Positions 48,855-58,648 of a stretch of 64,000 nt of DNA are shown here, piece by piece. A model generated the notes under the pieces. That model was given only the letters and a program-made list of their open reading frames with translations. It was not told the DNA's origin and ran no database searches. Source of the DNA: Minisyncoccota bacterium (lineage in GTDB: Bacteria > Patescibacteriota > Minisyncoccia > Phycocordibacterales > UBA9973); assembly GCA_021734995.1 (NCBI GenBank), contig JAIPHX010000005.1, positions 4,099 to 68,098 on the forward strand, in the 5' to 3' direction. The translations under genes were made by a program, and so were the position numbers. Each line of letters begins with the position of its first letter. Positions within the stretch are counted from its first letter, which is position 1.

Positions 48855-49433
48855 ATGCACTATTCAAAAGGTTCAATTGGAAATATTATAGTTTTAATAA
48901 TGGGTTTTCTAGTCGTAGCAGCTATTTGGGATTCTTTTGAAGGGAAAAATTCGCCAACCAATGAAGATCCATTAAAAAATGAATATTTAGCAGAAAAAAA
49001 CAAAGAATTTCCTCAGAAAAGTGGGGATAATGTTACAGAAAAAACTACTTTTGTAAATCAAAGAGGGTTTTTTCATTCAGCTAATATTAAGCTTAAAAAC
49101 AAAGTATTAAATGTTAAAATTGCTGATACTTATGAAAAAAGAGCCCAAGGCCTTTCAGGTGTTTCTAGAATGTCTGAATCCATTGGTATGCTTTTTATAT
49201 TTGATACACTAGATAAACATGGTTTTTGGATGAAAGATATGAATATTTCGATAGATATTATATGGTTTGATGAGTACTTTAGGATTGTGCATATAAAAGA
49301 AAGAGCTTCACCACATTCTTTTCCAGAAGTTTTTTCTCCAAATACAAGTGCAAAGTATGTTTTAGAGACAGTATCTGGTTTTTCTCAAAAAAACAATTTA
49401 AAACTTGGAGATAAATTTCAATTTGTACCTTAA
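48855..49433 (+). CDS. DUF192 (COG1430) family protein with an N-terminal TM anchor
   Basis: VKIADTYEKRAQGLSGVSRMSESIGMLFIFDTLDKHGFWMKDMNISIDIIWFDE matches the DUF192 core. Confidence 0.65.
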   Translation: MHYSKGSIGNIIVLIMGFLVVAAIWDSFEGKNSPTNEDPLKNEYLAEKNKEFPQKSGDNVTEKTTFVNQRGFFHSANIKLKNKVLNVKIADTYEKRAQGLSGVSRMSESIGMLFIFDTLDKHGFWMKDMNISIDIIWFDEYFRIVHIKERASPHSFPEVFSPNTSAKYVLETVSGFSQKNNLKLGDKFQFVP

Positions 49434-49554
49434 AATGTCCTTTAAAGAAAGGATGTTAGACGGTCACTATTTACAGCTTGCTTTAATTGTTTTCTGCTTT
49501 GAAAAAAGTGTTTTCCACTAGGCGAAAATATTTTTTTTGGTGTAAAATGTATCT

Positions 49555-51930
49555 ATGAGTAAAAATAAATCAAGAGCAAAGAAGTCAGTGGTCGGAATAA
49601 AAAACATTCGTAACAGAGAAGGCAATATTATATCTTTTGACCTTAGTAAAATAGTAGATGCTATTTCTAAAGCATTCAATAATACTAAAGAAGGTACCAT
49701 CAAAGAGGCACAATCTGTCGCTGATAAGGTTTACAAAGAAGTTTTGCGTCTAATTAAAGACTCTAATGATAAAAATTATGTTCCCACAGTTGAGATGATG
49801 CAGGATTTAGTTGAAGCTGAGCTTATGGAGCTTGGTTATCATCTTACAGCTAAAGCTTATATTTTATATAGGTCAAAAAGGGCAGAATTACGTAGAGAGG
49901 TTGGGATTGTCCCAGCTGAAGATAAAAAGATTTTTGATACTTCTAGCTCTTATTTTTATAGTTCATACGAAGAATTTATTTTTTATCGTACATATTCTAA
50001 ATGGCAAGAATCTTTAGGCAGGAGAGAAACTTGGATTGAAACAACAGATCGTTTTATGGCCTATATGAAAGAAAATTTAGGCAATAAATTTTCTACGAAA
50101 GATTATGATGAGGTAAGAGAAGCTATTTTAAAACAAGATGTTTGTCCTTCTATGCGTTTACTTTGGTCTGCTGGTCCAGCTTGTGACAAGACTAATGTGT
50201 GGGCATACAATTGTTCTTATATTGCACCTACTTGTTGGCAAGATTTTGGTGAGATTATGTATATTTTGATGTGTGGAGCTGGACTTGGTTTTTCTGTAGA
50301 GTCAGAGACTGTTCAAAAATTTCCTCAAATAAAAAGACAGACAGGGAAAAAATTAGCTACGCATATTGTTGAAGATAGCAAAGAAGGATGGGCAGATGCT
50401 TTTGTGCTGGCTTGTAAAACATGGGCAGATGGTCTTGATATAAGTTTTGATTATTCCAAAGTTAGACCTTCTGGTGCTAGATTACACACCGCGGGAGGAC
50501 GTGCATCTGGGCCACAGCCACTTATTGATTTAATAAATTTTACCAAAGTAAGAATGCTTGCTAGACAAGGAAAGCGTCTAAGCAATCTAGACTTGCACGA
50601 CATTATTTGTCAGATTGGTTTGATTGTAGTTGCAGGAGGCGTTAGAAGAAGTGCCTTGATTTCTCTTTCAGATATTGATGATGAATCTATGAGAAAGTCC
50701 AAGCAAGGTCAATTTTGGCTAGAAAATGGTCAAAGATCTATGGCAAACAATTCCGCTGTGTACAATCAAAAACCTTCAGCTTCAGAATTTTTAAATGAAT
50801 GGATTGAGTTAATAAAGTCCGGCACAGGGGAAAGAGGTATTTTTAATAGAGGTGGTTTACTTACTCAATTACCAAAAAGAAGAATAGACAATTGGAAAAA
50901 AGCAGGCATTATAGATGAACAAAATACTATCGTTGAACTTCCTGGATCTAATCCTTGTGGAGAGATTACTCTTAGGTCAAAACAATTCTGCAACCTTACT
51001 TCCATTGTGGTGCGTCCAAAAGATGATTTAGTTGAGCTAAAAAGAAAAGTTAGACTTTCTACTATTTTAGGTACATATCAGGCTACCTTAACTCACTTTG
51101 GTTATCTTTCTAAAGAATGGAAACAAAATTGTGACGAGGAGGCCTTACTAGGAGTATCTATTACAGGATACTATGACAATACTCTTATCAGAAATGATGA
51201 AGTATTGAGAGATTTAAAAAATGAATCTATAAAAGTGAACAAAGAATATGCTAAAAAATTTGGTATAAATCAATCTACTTGTGTCACCACAGTGAAGCCA
51301 CATGGCAATTCTGGTCAGCTTATGTATGTTGGCTCAGGTATGCATCCTTGGTTTGCAAAGTATTTTATTAGAAGAGTTCGTATTGGTGTAAATGATCCAT
51401 TGTTTACATTAATGAAAGATCAAGGAGTCCCTTTTAAACCAGAAGTTGGGTACTCAACAGCAAACTCTACTGTAGCAGTATTAGAGTTTCCCATCAAAGC
51501 ACCAGAAGGAGCAGTGACAAAAGATAAAGTTTCAGCTATTGATTTGCTTCAAGAATGGAAGAGATTAAAAGTAAATTATATTGAACACAACCCATCTGTG
51601 ACTATTTATGTAGGAAATGATGAATGGATTAAAGTTGCCAATTTTGTCTACGAAAACTGGGATATCGTAGGAGGGCTTTCTTTTTTGCCTCGTTCAGAAC
51701 ACGTGTATCAACTTGCTCCTTATGAAGAGATAAGTAAAGAAGAGTATGAAAAAAGAATGAAAGAGATAAAACAAATAGATTTCTCAAAGCTTGTATATTA
51801 TGAGCAAGAAGACAATACCATTGGTGCTAAAGAATTTGCTTGTGTTTCAGGGGTCTGTTCTATTGATGACGTTATGGCAGAAGAAGCACAAAAAGAAAAC
51901 GCTCAAAGTTCTTCCTCTGAAGAAGCTTAG
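49555..51930 (+). CDS. nrdJ: class II (adenosylcobalamin-dependent, monomeric RTPR-like) ribonucleotide reductase with an N-terminal ATP-cone
   Basis: ATP-cone (VVGIKNIRNREGNIISFDLSKIVDAI). Class II active-site NPCGEITL and a C-terminal Cys pair (CVSGVCSIDD). Confidence 0.75.
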   Translation: MSKNKSRAKKSVVGIKNIRNREGNIISFDLSKIVDAISKAFNNTKEGTIKEAQSVADKVYKEVLRLIKDSNDKNYVPTVEMMQDLVEAELMELGYHLTAKAYILYRSKRAELRREVGIVPAEDKKIFDTSSSYFYSSYEEFIFYRTYSKWQESLGRRETWIETTDRFMAYMKENLGNKFSTKDYDEVREAILKQDVCPSMRLLWSAGPACDKTNVWAYNCSYIAPTCWQDFGEIMYILMCGAGLGFSVESETVQKFPQIKRQTGKKLATHIVEDSKEGWADAFVLACKTWADGLDISFDYSKVRPSGARLHTAGGRASGPQPLIDLINFTKVRMLARQGKRLSNLDLHDIICQIGLIVVAGGVRRSALISLSDIDDESMRKSKQGQFWLENGQRSMANNSAVYNQKPSASEFLNEWIELIKSGTGERGIFNRGGLLTQLPKRRIDNWKKAGIIDEQNTIVELPGSNPCGEITLRSKQFCNLTSIVVRPKDDLVELKRKVRLSTILGTYQATLTHFGYLSKEWKQNCDEEALLGVSITGYYDNTLIRNDEVLRDLKNESIKVNKEYAKKFGINQSTCVTTVKPHGNSGQLMYVGSGMHPWFAKYFIRRVRIGVNDPLFTLMKDQGVPFKPEVGYSTANSTVAVLEFPIKAPEGAVTKDKVSAIDLLQEWKRLKVNYIEHNPSVTIYVGNDEWIKVANFVYENWDIVGGLSFLPRSEHVYQLAPYEEISKEEYEKRMKEIKQIDFSKLVYYEQEDNTIGAKEFACVSGVCSIDDVMAEEAQKENAQSSSSEEA

Positions 51931-52049
51931 ATTCTAATCGAAGTATATTTCTATACCAAACAAGATCTGATAGTTACTTTATAATATTGATGTTTAAGTA
52001 ATAGATATTTCTACTTGTTTTTTGGATACTTTTCACATATACTGTCAAA

Positions 52050-52348
52050 GACTTATATCAGATGATTGCTCTTGTTTTTTAACAAGAGAGGAAAGTCCGA
52101 ACACGCAGTCGGCCTAGCCGATTAAACGTAGTGGGTAATACCCATCTTCCAAGGAGTTGGAAAGAGGTGCGAACAGAGACGAGTCTTTAGCTTCGGCTAA
52201 AGAGTGAAACGGCAAAATCCTTACGCGCGTGCAAGATCGTGTCCGTTTTTACGGAAGAATCGCTTGACTCTATTGGTAACAATAGAGCTAGATAAATAAT
52301 CATCGACTCTTTTAAAGAGTTACAGAATTCGGCTTATAGGTATAAGAC
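52050..52348 (+). ncRNA. rnpB: RNase P RNA, bacterial type A, compact (about 300 nt)
   Basis: P3 hairpin CTCTTGTTttttAACAAGAG followed by the P4 5' strand GAGGAAAGTCCGAAC. The 3' side carries ACAGAATTCGGCTTAT. P1 is the CTTATA/TATAAG pairing at the ends. Confidence 0.65.
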
Positions 52349-52354
52349 TCATAT

Positions 52355-52392
52355 ATGAAAAATCCCTTCGCAAGAGGGGATTTTTCTATATT
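52355..52392 (+). terminator. intrinsic terminator after rnpB
   Basis: aaaAATCCCttcgcaagagGGGATTtttc. Confidence 0.45.
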
Positions 52393-52648
52393 AAGCAAAT
52401 AATGCTCTAAAAACAGTACATATTAAGCTAGTATTTGTAAATACTATATTTACAATAAACCCTTGCTTTATAAGACTTTTTTACTTCCTTTTTCTCTGTT
52501 TTGTAAGTAAAAATACTTGACTTTTGTTTTCCTTTATGCTATCATATACCCATACCTTTATTATAGGACTTAAGTCTTATGAATAAAGGTTTTTTAAGTT
52601 AGAGCTGAAAAACAGAAACGAAGTTGACGGAGCTCATACCGTCACAAT

Positions 52649-53257
52649 ATGAAAAAAAATAATATAATACGTTTCGTTCACTCCTTGGTGCTTTTGCCTA
52701 TATTAACAGGAGGCATGCCTGCACCGTCTAGTATTGGAGATATGTTATTAGTTAAGAACGAAATTGTATTATCCCAAAAACAAAATATCGAAGCTTTAGG
52801 TTTGATTTCTTCTAACCAAGATTCAAATATTAAAGTTAAAACATTAGAAGCACAAGCACAAGCTATAGACGATTACTTCAAATCTTATGATTTACCATTT
52901 CACGGTATAGGTAAGTCAATGGTAGAATCTTCTGAAAAATATGGTCTTGATTGGCGTCTATTACCAGCTATTGCAATGCGTGAGTCTACTGGAGGTAAGT
53001 TTGCTTGTAAAAAAGCTACCTTTAATGCTTTTGGATGGGGTTCATGTAAAATAAACTTTGACTCCCACGAAGAAGCAGTAGAAACAGTGGCAAAAAATTT
53101 AGGTGGTCAAAATCCTAGGACAGCAATGCACTATGCGGGTAAAGACACTAAAGAAATATTGCTTGCTTACAATCCTCCTTCTATTATCCCAAATTACGTA
53201 CCTCAAGTTATGAAGATTATGGAAAAAATAGGAGAAAAAGATTTTGGAAATATTTAA
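52649..53257 (+). CDS. secreted lysozyme-like / lytic-transglycosylase-like protein (tentative)
   Basis: Signal peptide or TM segment. LLPAIAMRESTGGKF...NAFGWG resembles the SLT catalytic-Glu region. A candidate promoter TTGACT-17-TATCAT lies at about 52518-52546. Confidence 0.4.
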   Translation: MKKNNIIRFVHSLVLLPILTGGMPAPSSIGDMLLVKNEIVLSQKQNIEALGLISSNQDSNIKVKTLEAQAQAIDDYFKSYDLPFHGIGKSMVESSEKYGLDWRLLPAIAMRESTGGKFACKKATFNAFGWGSCKINFDSHEEAVETVAKNLGGQNPRTAMHYAGKDTKEILLAYNPPSIIPNYVPQVMKIMEKIGEKDFGNI

Positions 53258-53264
53258 TCTAAAT

Positions 53265-53303
53265 AAAAAACACCTCTTTAAAAGAGGTGTTTTTTATTGA
53301 TAG
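53265..53303. terminator. bidirectional terminator between the lysozyme-like gene (+) and rpsA (-)
   Basis: aaaaaaCACCTCTTTaaaAGAGGTGtttttt. Confidence 0.55.
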
Positions 53304-53319
53304 TATAGATTTGTGTTGT

Positions 53320-54408
53320 TTATTTAGTATCTTCTAAATAAATTAAAGTCATTTTGTGTTCTTTTGGTTCAAAGAGGGTTATTTGGAAATTATAGTTTTT
53401 TCCAAGTTCTAGTTTTTCTCTTAATTTAGATTCCAATCCAAAAGTAGAATTATGTACCAAACCAGCAACTCCTTCTTTGATGGACACTAGAGCTCCGTGT
53501 TTGTTGTATTTAATTACTACTCCCTTGATTATATCTCCCTTTTTAAGTTTTCCTTCAAATTCTTTCCAAGGGTTTTCTTTCAATGCTTTAATAGAAAGAG
53601 ATATTTTACCTTCTTTTATTTCTATTACTTTAGCTTTGATTTTATCTCCAATTTTAAACATAGTGCGAGGATCTTCTACTAACCCCCAGTCTAATTCTGA
53701 GATGTGTACCAATCCTTCTAATCCATTTTCTAATTTTAGAAATACTCCAAAGTCTACAATACCAGCTATTGTACAATCAACATCATCGCCGATATTATAT
53801 TTTGATAAGATCTCTTTCTTTTCTTCAGTGTTGTTGTCTTTTTCAGAAAAGATAAGTTTGCCTTCTTTTGGTAGAGTAGAGATAATCATAGCTGAAATAC
53901 TCTCACCAACAAGCTTTTTTAATTCTTTTAAGATTTTATCTTTATCAGAATCTAGAACTCTAGGATAGTGTTCTGCTTTAAGCTGGGAAGCAGGTAAGAA
54001 ACCTTGTATTCCTTGCCATTCTAAAATCAAACCACCTTTGTTTGCATCTTTCACTTCCAAACTAAAAATAGTCTTACTTTTGATAGCTTTCTCAGCTTCG
54101 CTCCAGATAAGGGCTTGTTTTGCTTCTTTCAAAGAAAGCTCTATATAGCCATTCTCATTTTCTGATTCGACAACCTTTGCTTTTATAGAATCTCCAATGC
54201 TAATTTTTTTGATAATGTCTTTAGCATTTATAAACTCTCTTCCATATATGATACCTGTGCCAAAAGGGGACAAATCTACATATACAGATGATTTTTTTAC
54301 TAAAATAACAGGTCCTTCTACCAACTGATCTACCTTTGGCTTTTCAAGACTTTTTTCTGCTATTGTTTTGAGCATCAAATTTTCAGATGCGTTTTCGTCT
54401 TTTTTCAT
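53320..54408 (-). CDS. rpsA: 30S ribosomal protein S1, four S1 domains (362 aa)
   Basis: Repeated S1 OB-fold motifs (e.g. GDIIKGVVIKYNKHGALVSI, VDFGVFLKLENGLEGLVHISEL). A GC-rich hairpin CCCGCttgtgcGCGGG lies in its 5' leader at about 54432-54448. Confidence 0.8.
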   Translation of the reverse strand: MKKDENASENLMLKTIAEKSLEKPKVDQLVEGPVILVKKSSVYVDLSPFGTGIIYGREFINAKDIIKKISIGDSIKAKVVESENENGYIELSLKEAKQALIWSEAEKAIKSKTIFSLEVKDANKGGLILEWQGIQGFLPASQLKAEHYPRVLDSDKDKILKELKKLVGESISAMIISTLPKEGKLIFSEKDNNTEEKKEILSKYNIGDDVDCTIAGIVDFGVFLKLENGLEGLVHISELDWGLVEDPRTMFKIGDKIKAKVIEIKEGKISLSIKALKENPWKEFEGKLKKGDIIKGVVIKYNKHGALVSIKEGVAGLVHNSTFGLESKLREKLELGKNYNFQITLFEPKEHKMTLIYLEDTK

Positions 54409-54668
54409 TTTTAAATTAAAATACCCGCTTGTGCGCGGGATAAAGGCTTAGGTTCTTTTTAATTTACACCAAAAAGGGTTATCCTAAATCCAGCTTTTAA
54501 TATATTGAACTTCATTTAATATACTACATTCTCTAGATTTTGCAAGTTACTAGGGTAATGTGCACACACATATGGCGGTTTCTGGATAAAATTTAAGAAG
54601 GGGCAGTAGATGTGTAAATTCTCTTAAAGTCTTTATTAAAATAAAATAGAATGATATAATATGATGTA

Positions 54669-55295
54669 ATGATTATTACATATTTCGGAAAGCAGTTTTT
54701 TAAGATAAACCAAGGAGAAATGGTATTGGCTTTTAATCCTGTAAGCAAGGATTCAAAATCTGGTATTAGTGCTAAGTTTGGCGCTGATATTGCGTTAGTT
54801 ACAACAAACCATCCAGATTACAATGGAGTTGATCAGCTTTCTTATGGAGAAAGAATGCCTTTTATTGTGAGTGGTCCAGGAGATTATGAAGTAAAAAGCA
54901 TTTTTATAAACGGAGGAATGTCTGAGTTTCAGTTGAATGATAAAAAATATATCAATACTGTATATTCTTTGACCATAGATGGTATAAATATTGTATTTTT
55001 AGGAGCATTGTCTAATGCCAATTTGTCAAAAGAAGCACGAGGATTGGCAGAATCTCCAGATATTCTTTTTGTACCAATAGGCGGGGAGAGTTTACTTTCT
55101 GCAAAAGATGCCGCCAAGTTTTCTGCTTCTCTTGAAGCAAAGCTTGTAATCCCAATGGACTATGACAAAAATTCTTTACAGATTTTTCTTAAAGAGATGG
55201 GAGAAGAGAATGCAGAGGTGGTAGACAAAATAACATTAAAAAGAAAAGATTTAGATGGGAGTGAGGGTAAGGTCGTTGTTTTAAAAGCAGTTTAA
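54669..55295 (+). CDS. MBL-fold (UPF0173-like) hydrolase-like protein with a degenerate HxHxDH motif
   Basis: Metallo-beta-lactamase-fold architecture (MIITYFGKQFF..., IALVTTNHPDYNG in place of THGHGDH, ...IPMDYD). Confidence 0.55.
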   Translation: MIITYFGKQFFKINQGEMVLAFNPVSKDSKSGISAKFGADIALVTTNHPDYNGVDQLSYGERMPFIVSGPGDYEVKSIFINGGMSEFQLNDKKYINTVYSLTIDGINIVFLGALSNANLSKEARGLAESPDILFVPIGGESLLSAKDAAKFSASLEAKLVIPMDYDKNSLQIFLKEMGEENAEVVDKITLKRKDLDGSEGKVVVLKAV

Positions 55296-55308
55296 TTTTT
55301 TTATAAAT

Positions 55309-55524
55309 ATGAAAAAAGTTATTCATCATTTAAGGAATCAACCAGAGGATGTTCGCAGACATGTTTTGCATCTTATCACTTTTTCGTGTGCAGTTATTTT
55401 GTTATTGTTTTGGGTGTATAGTTTGGGTACTGATTTAGCTAAACCAGAAACAAAAGAATCTATTAAGGAAGATTTAGCTCCGTTCAAATTATTAAAAGAA
55501 AATGTAATTTCAACTACAAAATAA
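55309..55524 (+). CDS. small hypothetical membrane protein (71 aa)
   Basis: Basic N-terminus followed by one hydrophobic helix. Confidence 0.35.
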   Translation: MKKVIHHLRNQPEDVRRHVLHLITFSCAVILLLFWVYSLGTDLAKPETKESIKEDLAPFKLLKENVISTTK

Positions 55525-55569
55525 TCAGTAATTAAAATAATTCTACAAAAATAGATAAAAGAAATTTTT

Positions 55570-58026
55570 ATGCCAAAAAGTAAAGAAGAAGAAAAACCAA
55601 TAGAGAGACAAGGTATTATACCTGTGGATGTCGTTGCTGAAATGAAAGAGTCTTATTTGGCTTATGCCATGTCTGTTATTACAGCAAGAGCATTACCAGA
55701 CGTAAGAGATGGGTTAAAGCCAGTTCATAGAAGAATACTTTTTGCGATGAGTGAAATGGGACTTACTTTCTCTTCTAGATTTAGAAAATCCGCTGCTATT
55801 GTCGGAGATGTTCTTGGAAAATACCATCCACATGGAGATGTGGCTGTGTATGATTCTATGGTAGGTATGGCACAAGAATTCTCTTTTCGTTATCCGTTGA
55901 TTATAGGACAAGGGAACTTTGGTTCTATTGATGGAGATTCTGCTGCTGCTATGAGGTATACCGAAGCGAAAATGGCCAAATTATCTTCTGAGCTTTTAAG
56001 GGATTTAGATAAAGAAACAGTAGATTTTCGTCCCAACTATGACCAGACAAGAAAAGAACCTATTGTCTTACCATCTGCTGTACCATCTCTTTTGTTGAAT
56101 GGAACACTAGGTATTGCTGTTGGTATGGCTACCAACATCCCACCACACAATCTTTATGAAGTTGTCTCAGCGACGAAGCATCTAATTGAAAATGAGAATG
56201 CTACCACTGAAGATTTAATGCAATTTGTAAAAGGACCGGATTTTCCTACAGGAGGTATTGCTTATGGATATAAAGACATGCTTCATGCATATTCTAGCGG
56301 AAGAGGTGGTGTAGTATGTAGGGGAGAAGCTGAGATTATAGAACAAAAAGGTGGTAATTTTCAGATAATCATCACTTCCTTACCTTTTAGAGTAAACAAA
56401 GCAAATCTTATTATGGCTATTGCTGAGTTGGTGCAAGAAAAAAAATTAGACGGCATTAAGGGTTTGAGAGATGAGTCTACCAAAGATATAAGAGTAGTGA
56501 TTGATTTAAAATCTAGCGCTCATCCAGAAAAGGTTTTGAATTATATATATAGGAATACTCAGCTTGAGTCTAATTTCAATTTCAATTTAGTTGCTTTGGT
56601 AGATGGAGTACCTCAGACTTTGTCGCTCAAATCTATCCTTGCACAATTTATATTACACAGACAAGAGGTAGTCAGAAGAAGGACTACTTATGATTTAAGA
56701 AAAGCAGAAGAGAGAGAACATATTTTACTTGGATTAAAAAAAGCACTAGATAAGATTGATAGAGTTATTACAATCATTAGAAGCTCAAAAAATGCTTCTG
56801 TTGCGAAAGAAAATTTGATTAAAGAATTTAAGTTCTCAGATTTACAAGCAACAGCTATTTTGGAAATGAAGCTTGCCAAGCTTGCTGGCCTAGAAAGAAA
56901 AGCAGTACTTGACGAGCTCGAAGAAAAACAAAAATTCATAAAAGAAATGAAAGAGATTTTGGCTAACCCAAAAAGAATGTTGAAAATTATTTCTACTGAG
57001 TTAGATGAAATAGCTGAAAGATATAAAGATGAAAGAAGAACAAAGATAATGAAGGGTGGAGTAAAAGAAATCTCAGACGAGGATTTAATTCCAGACAAAG
57101 AGACTGTCCTTGTGCTTACAGCAGGGGGATATGTAAAGCGTACTGATCCTTCAGAATATAGGTCACAAAAAAGAGGAGGGGTGGGAGTTGTTGATTTAGA
57201 AACAAAAGAAGAAGATTTTGTAACTATGCTTGTGTCTGGATCTACTCATAGTGATTTACTTTTCTTTACAAATATGGGGAAAGTGTATCAAATGAAAATG
57301 TATGATATTCCAGAAGGACGCAGAGCCACCAAAGGTAAGTCTATGATGAATTTTATTTCATTAGCAGGTGAAGAAAAAGTCACTTCTATTTTGGCAATGC
57401 CAAAAAATCTGGATAAGACTGACTCATCTCTAATGCTTTTCACAAAAGAAGGAACAGTCAAAAAAATGTCTGCAGGAAGTTTTAAAGATGTTCGTCGTAG
57501 TGGTATTATTGCTATCAAATTAGACAAAAATGATAGCTTGATAAGTGCATTCCTTACAGACAAAGGAGATGATGTAATGGTGGCGACTAATCTTGGTCAA
57601 TCAATTCGTTTTAAAGAATCTGACATTCGTCAAATGGGTAGGACTGCAGGAGGAGTACGAGGAATGAAACTTGGGAAAGGAGATGAAGTAATCGCAGTTG
57701 ACGTTGTAAAAAAAGAAAATAAAGATGGGTTTTTCTTGGTAATGAGTGAAAATGGTCTAGGTAAAAAGACTCCTTTAAAAGAATATAAAGTACAAAAAAG
57801 AGGTGGAAGTGGAATCAAGACAGCAAAAGTAACTCCTAAAACAGGAAAACTAATTGTAGGTAAGGTATTGAACGGTGAAGAAGAAAAGTTGATTGCAATG
57901 TCTAAGAAAGGGCAAGTGATCCGCACAGATTTAAAGGATATTTCTAGTTTGGGGAGACAAACACAAGGAGTGACAATAATGAGGTTACGAGCAGGGGATT
58001 ATATTGCTTCTTTGGTGTGTGCTTAA
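55570..58026 (+). CDS. gyrA: DNA gyrase subunit A
   Basis: [19 protein letters not shown], the active-site Tyr region and C-terminal beta-pinwheel repeats. No intein. Confidence 0.9.
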   Translation: MPKSKEEEKPIERQGIIPVDVVAEMKESYLAYAMSVITARALPDVRDGLKPVHRRILFAMSEMGLTFSSRFRKSAAIVGDVLGKYHPHGDVAVYDSMVGMAQEFSFRYPLIIGQGNFGSIDGDSAAAMRYTEAKMAKLSSELLRDLDKETVDFRPNYDQTRKEPIVLPSAVPSLLLNGTLGIAVGMATNIPPHNLYEVVSATKHLIENENATTEDLMQFVKGPDFPTGGIAYGYKDMLHAYSSGRGGVVCRGEAEIIEQKGGNFQIIITSLPFRVNKANLIMAIAELVQEKKLDGIKGLRDESTKDIRVVIDLKSSAHPEKVLNYIYRNTQLESNFNFNLVALVDGVPQTLSLKSILAQFILHRQEVVRRRTTYDLRKAEEREHILLGLKKALDKIDRVITIIRSSKNASVAKENLIKEFKFSDLQATAILEMKLAKLAGLERKAVLDELEEKQKFIKEMKEILANPKRMLKIISTELDEIAERYKDERRTKIMKGGVKEISDEDLIPDKETVLVLTAGGYVKRTDPSEYRSQKRGGVGVVDLETKEEDFVTMLVSGSTHSDLLFFTNMGKVYQMKMYDIPEGRRATKGKSMMNFISLAGEEKVTSILAMPKNLDKTDSSLMLFTKEGTVKKMSAGSFKDVRRSGIIAIKLDKNDSLISAFLTDKGDDVMVATNLGQSIRFKESDIRQMGRTAGGVRGMKLGKGDEVIAVDVVKKENKDGFFLVMSENGLGKKTPLKEYKVQKRGGSGIKTAKVTPKTGKLIVGKVLNGEEEKLIAMSKKGQVIRTDLKDISSLGRQTQGVTIMRLRAGDYIASLVCA

Positions 58027-58129
58027 AAATTACAATTATTTTCTGATAAAGGTTTTCCCACTGCTTTTGTTTTCAGGAATTATAAAATTAATGTATAATA
58101 TAGAAAGGAATAAATTGATTTCTTAAATT

Positions 58130-58648
58130 ATGTTCAACGATCCTGAAAAAAATTTACAAACATTCTCAATAGATGAAAATATGGTCATAGCTGATTTCGG
58201 AGCGGGAACAGGTTTTTATACCATTGCTTCAGCTAGAATGGTTCCAAAAGGAAAAGTGTATGCTTTAGAAGTACAAAAAGACTTAATTGAGACTATAAAA
58301 TTGAAAGCAAGATATGAACATCTTTCCAACATAGAATGTATTTGGTCTAATGTAGAGAAAATTGGAGGGACCAAACTCGCAGATAGTATAATAGACAGAG
58401 CTATTGTTTCCAATGTGTTGTTTCAGATAGAAGATAAGAAAAATTTCGTAGAAGAAATTAAAAGAGTATTGAAGCCAGGAGGAAAGCTTTTATTGATAGA
58501 TCACTGTCCAGACAAATCACATTTAAAAATAGAAATGGTATCAAAAGAAAAAGCCAGAGAGATGTTTGAAGCCAGGGGTTTTGTTTTTGAAAAAAATATT
58601 GATGCAGGAACACACAATTATGGTATAATTTTCTCTATAAAGAAGTGA
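58130..58648 (+). CDS. class I SAM-dependent methyltransferase
   Basis: Motif I VIADFGAGTGFYT and the post-I acidic residue (YALEV). Its stop overlaps the next start (ATGA). Confidence 0.7.
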   Translation: MFNDPEKNLQTFSIDENMVIADFGAGTGFYTIASARMVPKGKVYALEVQKDLIETIKLKARYEHLSNIECIWSNVEKIGGTKLADSIIDRAIVSNVLFQIEDKKNFVEEIKRVLKPGGKLLLIDHCPDKSHLKIEMVSKEKAREMFEARGFVFEKNIDAGTHNYGIIFSIKK

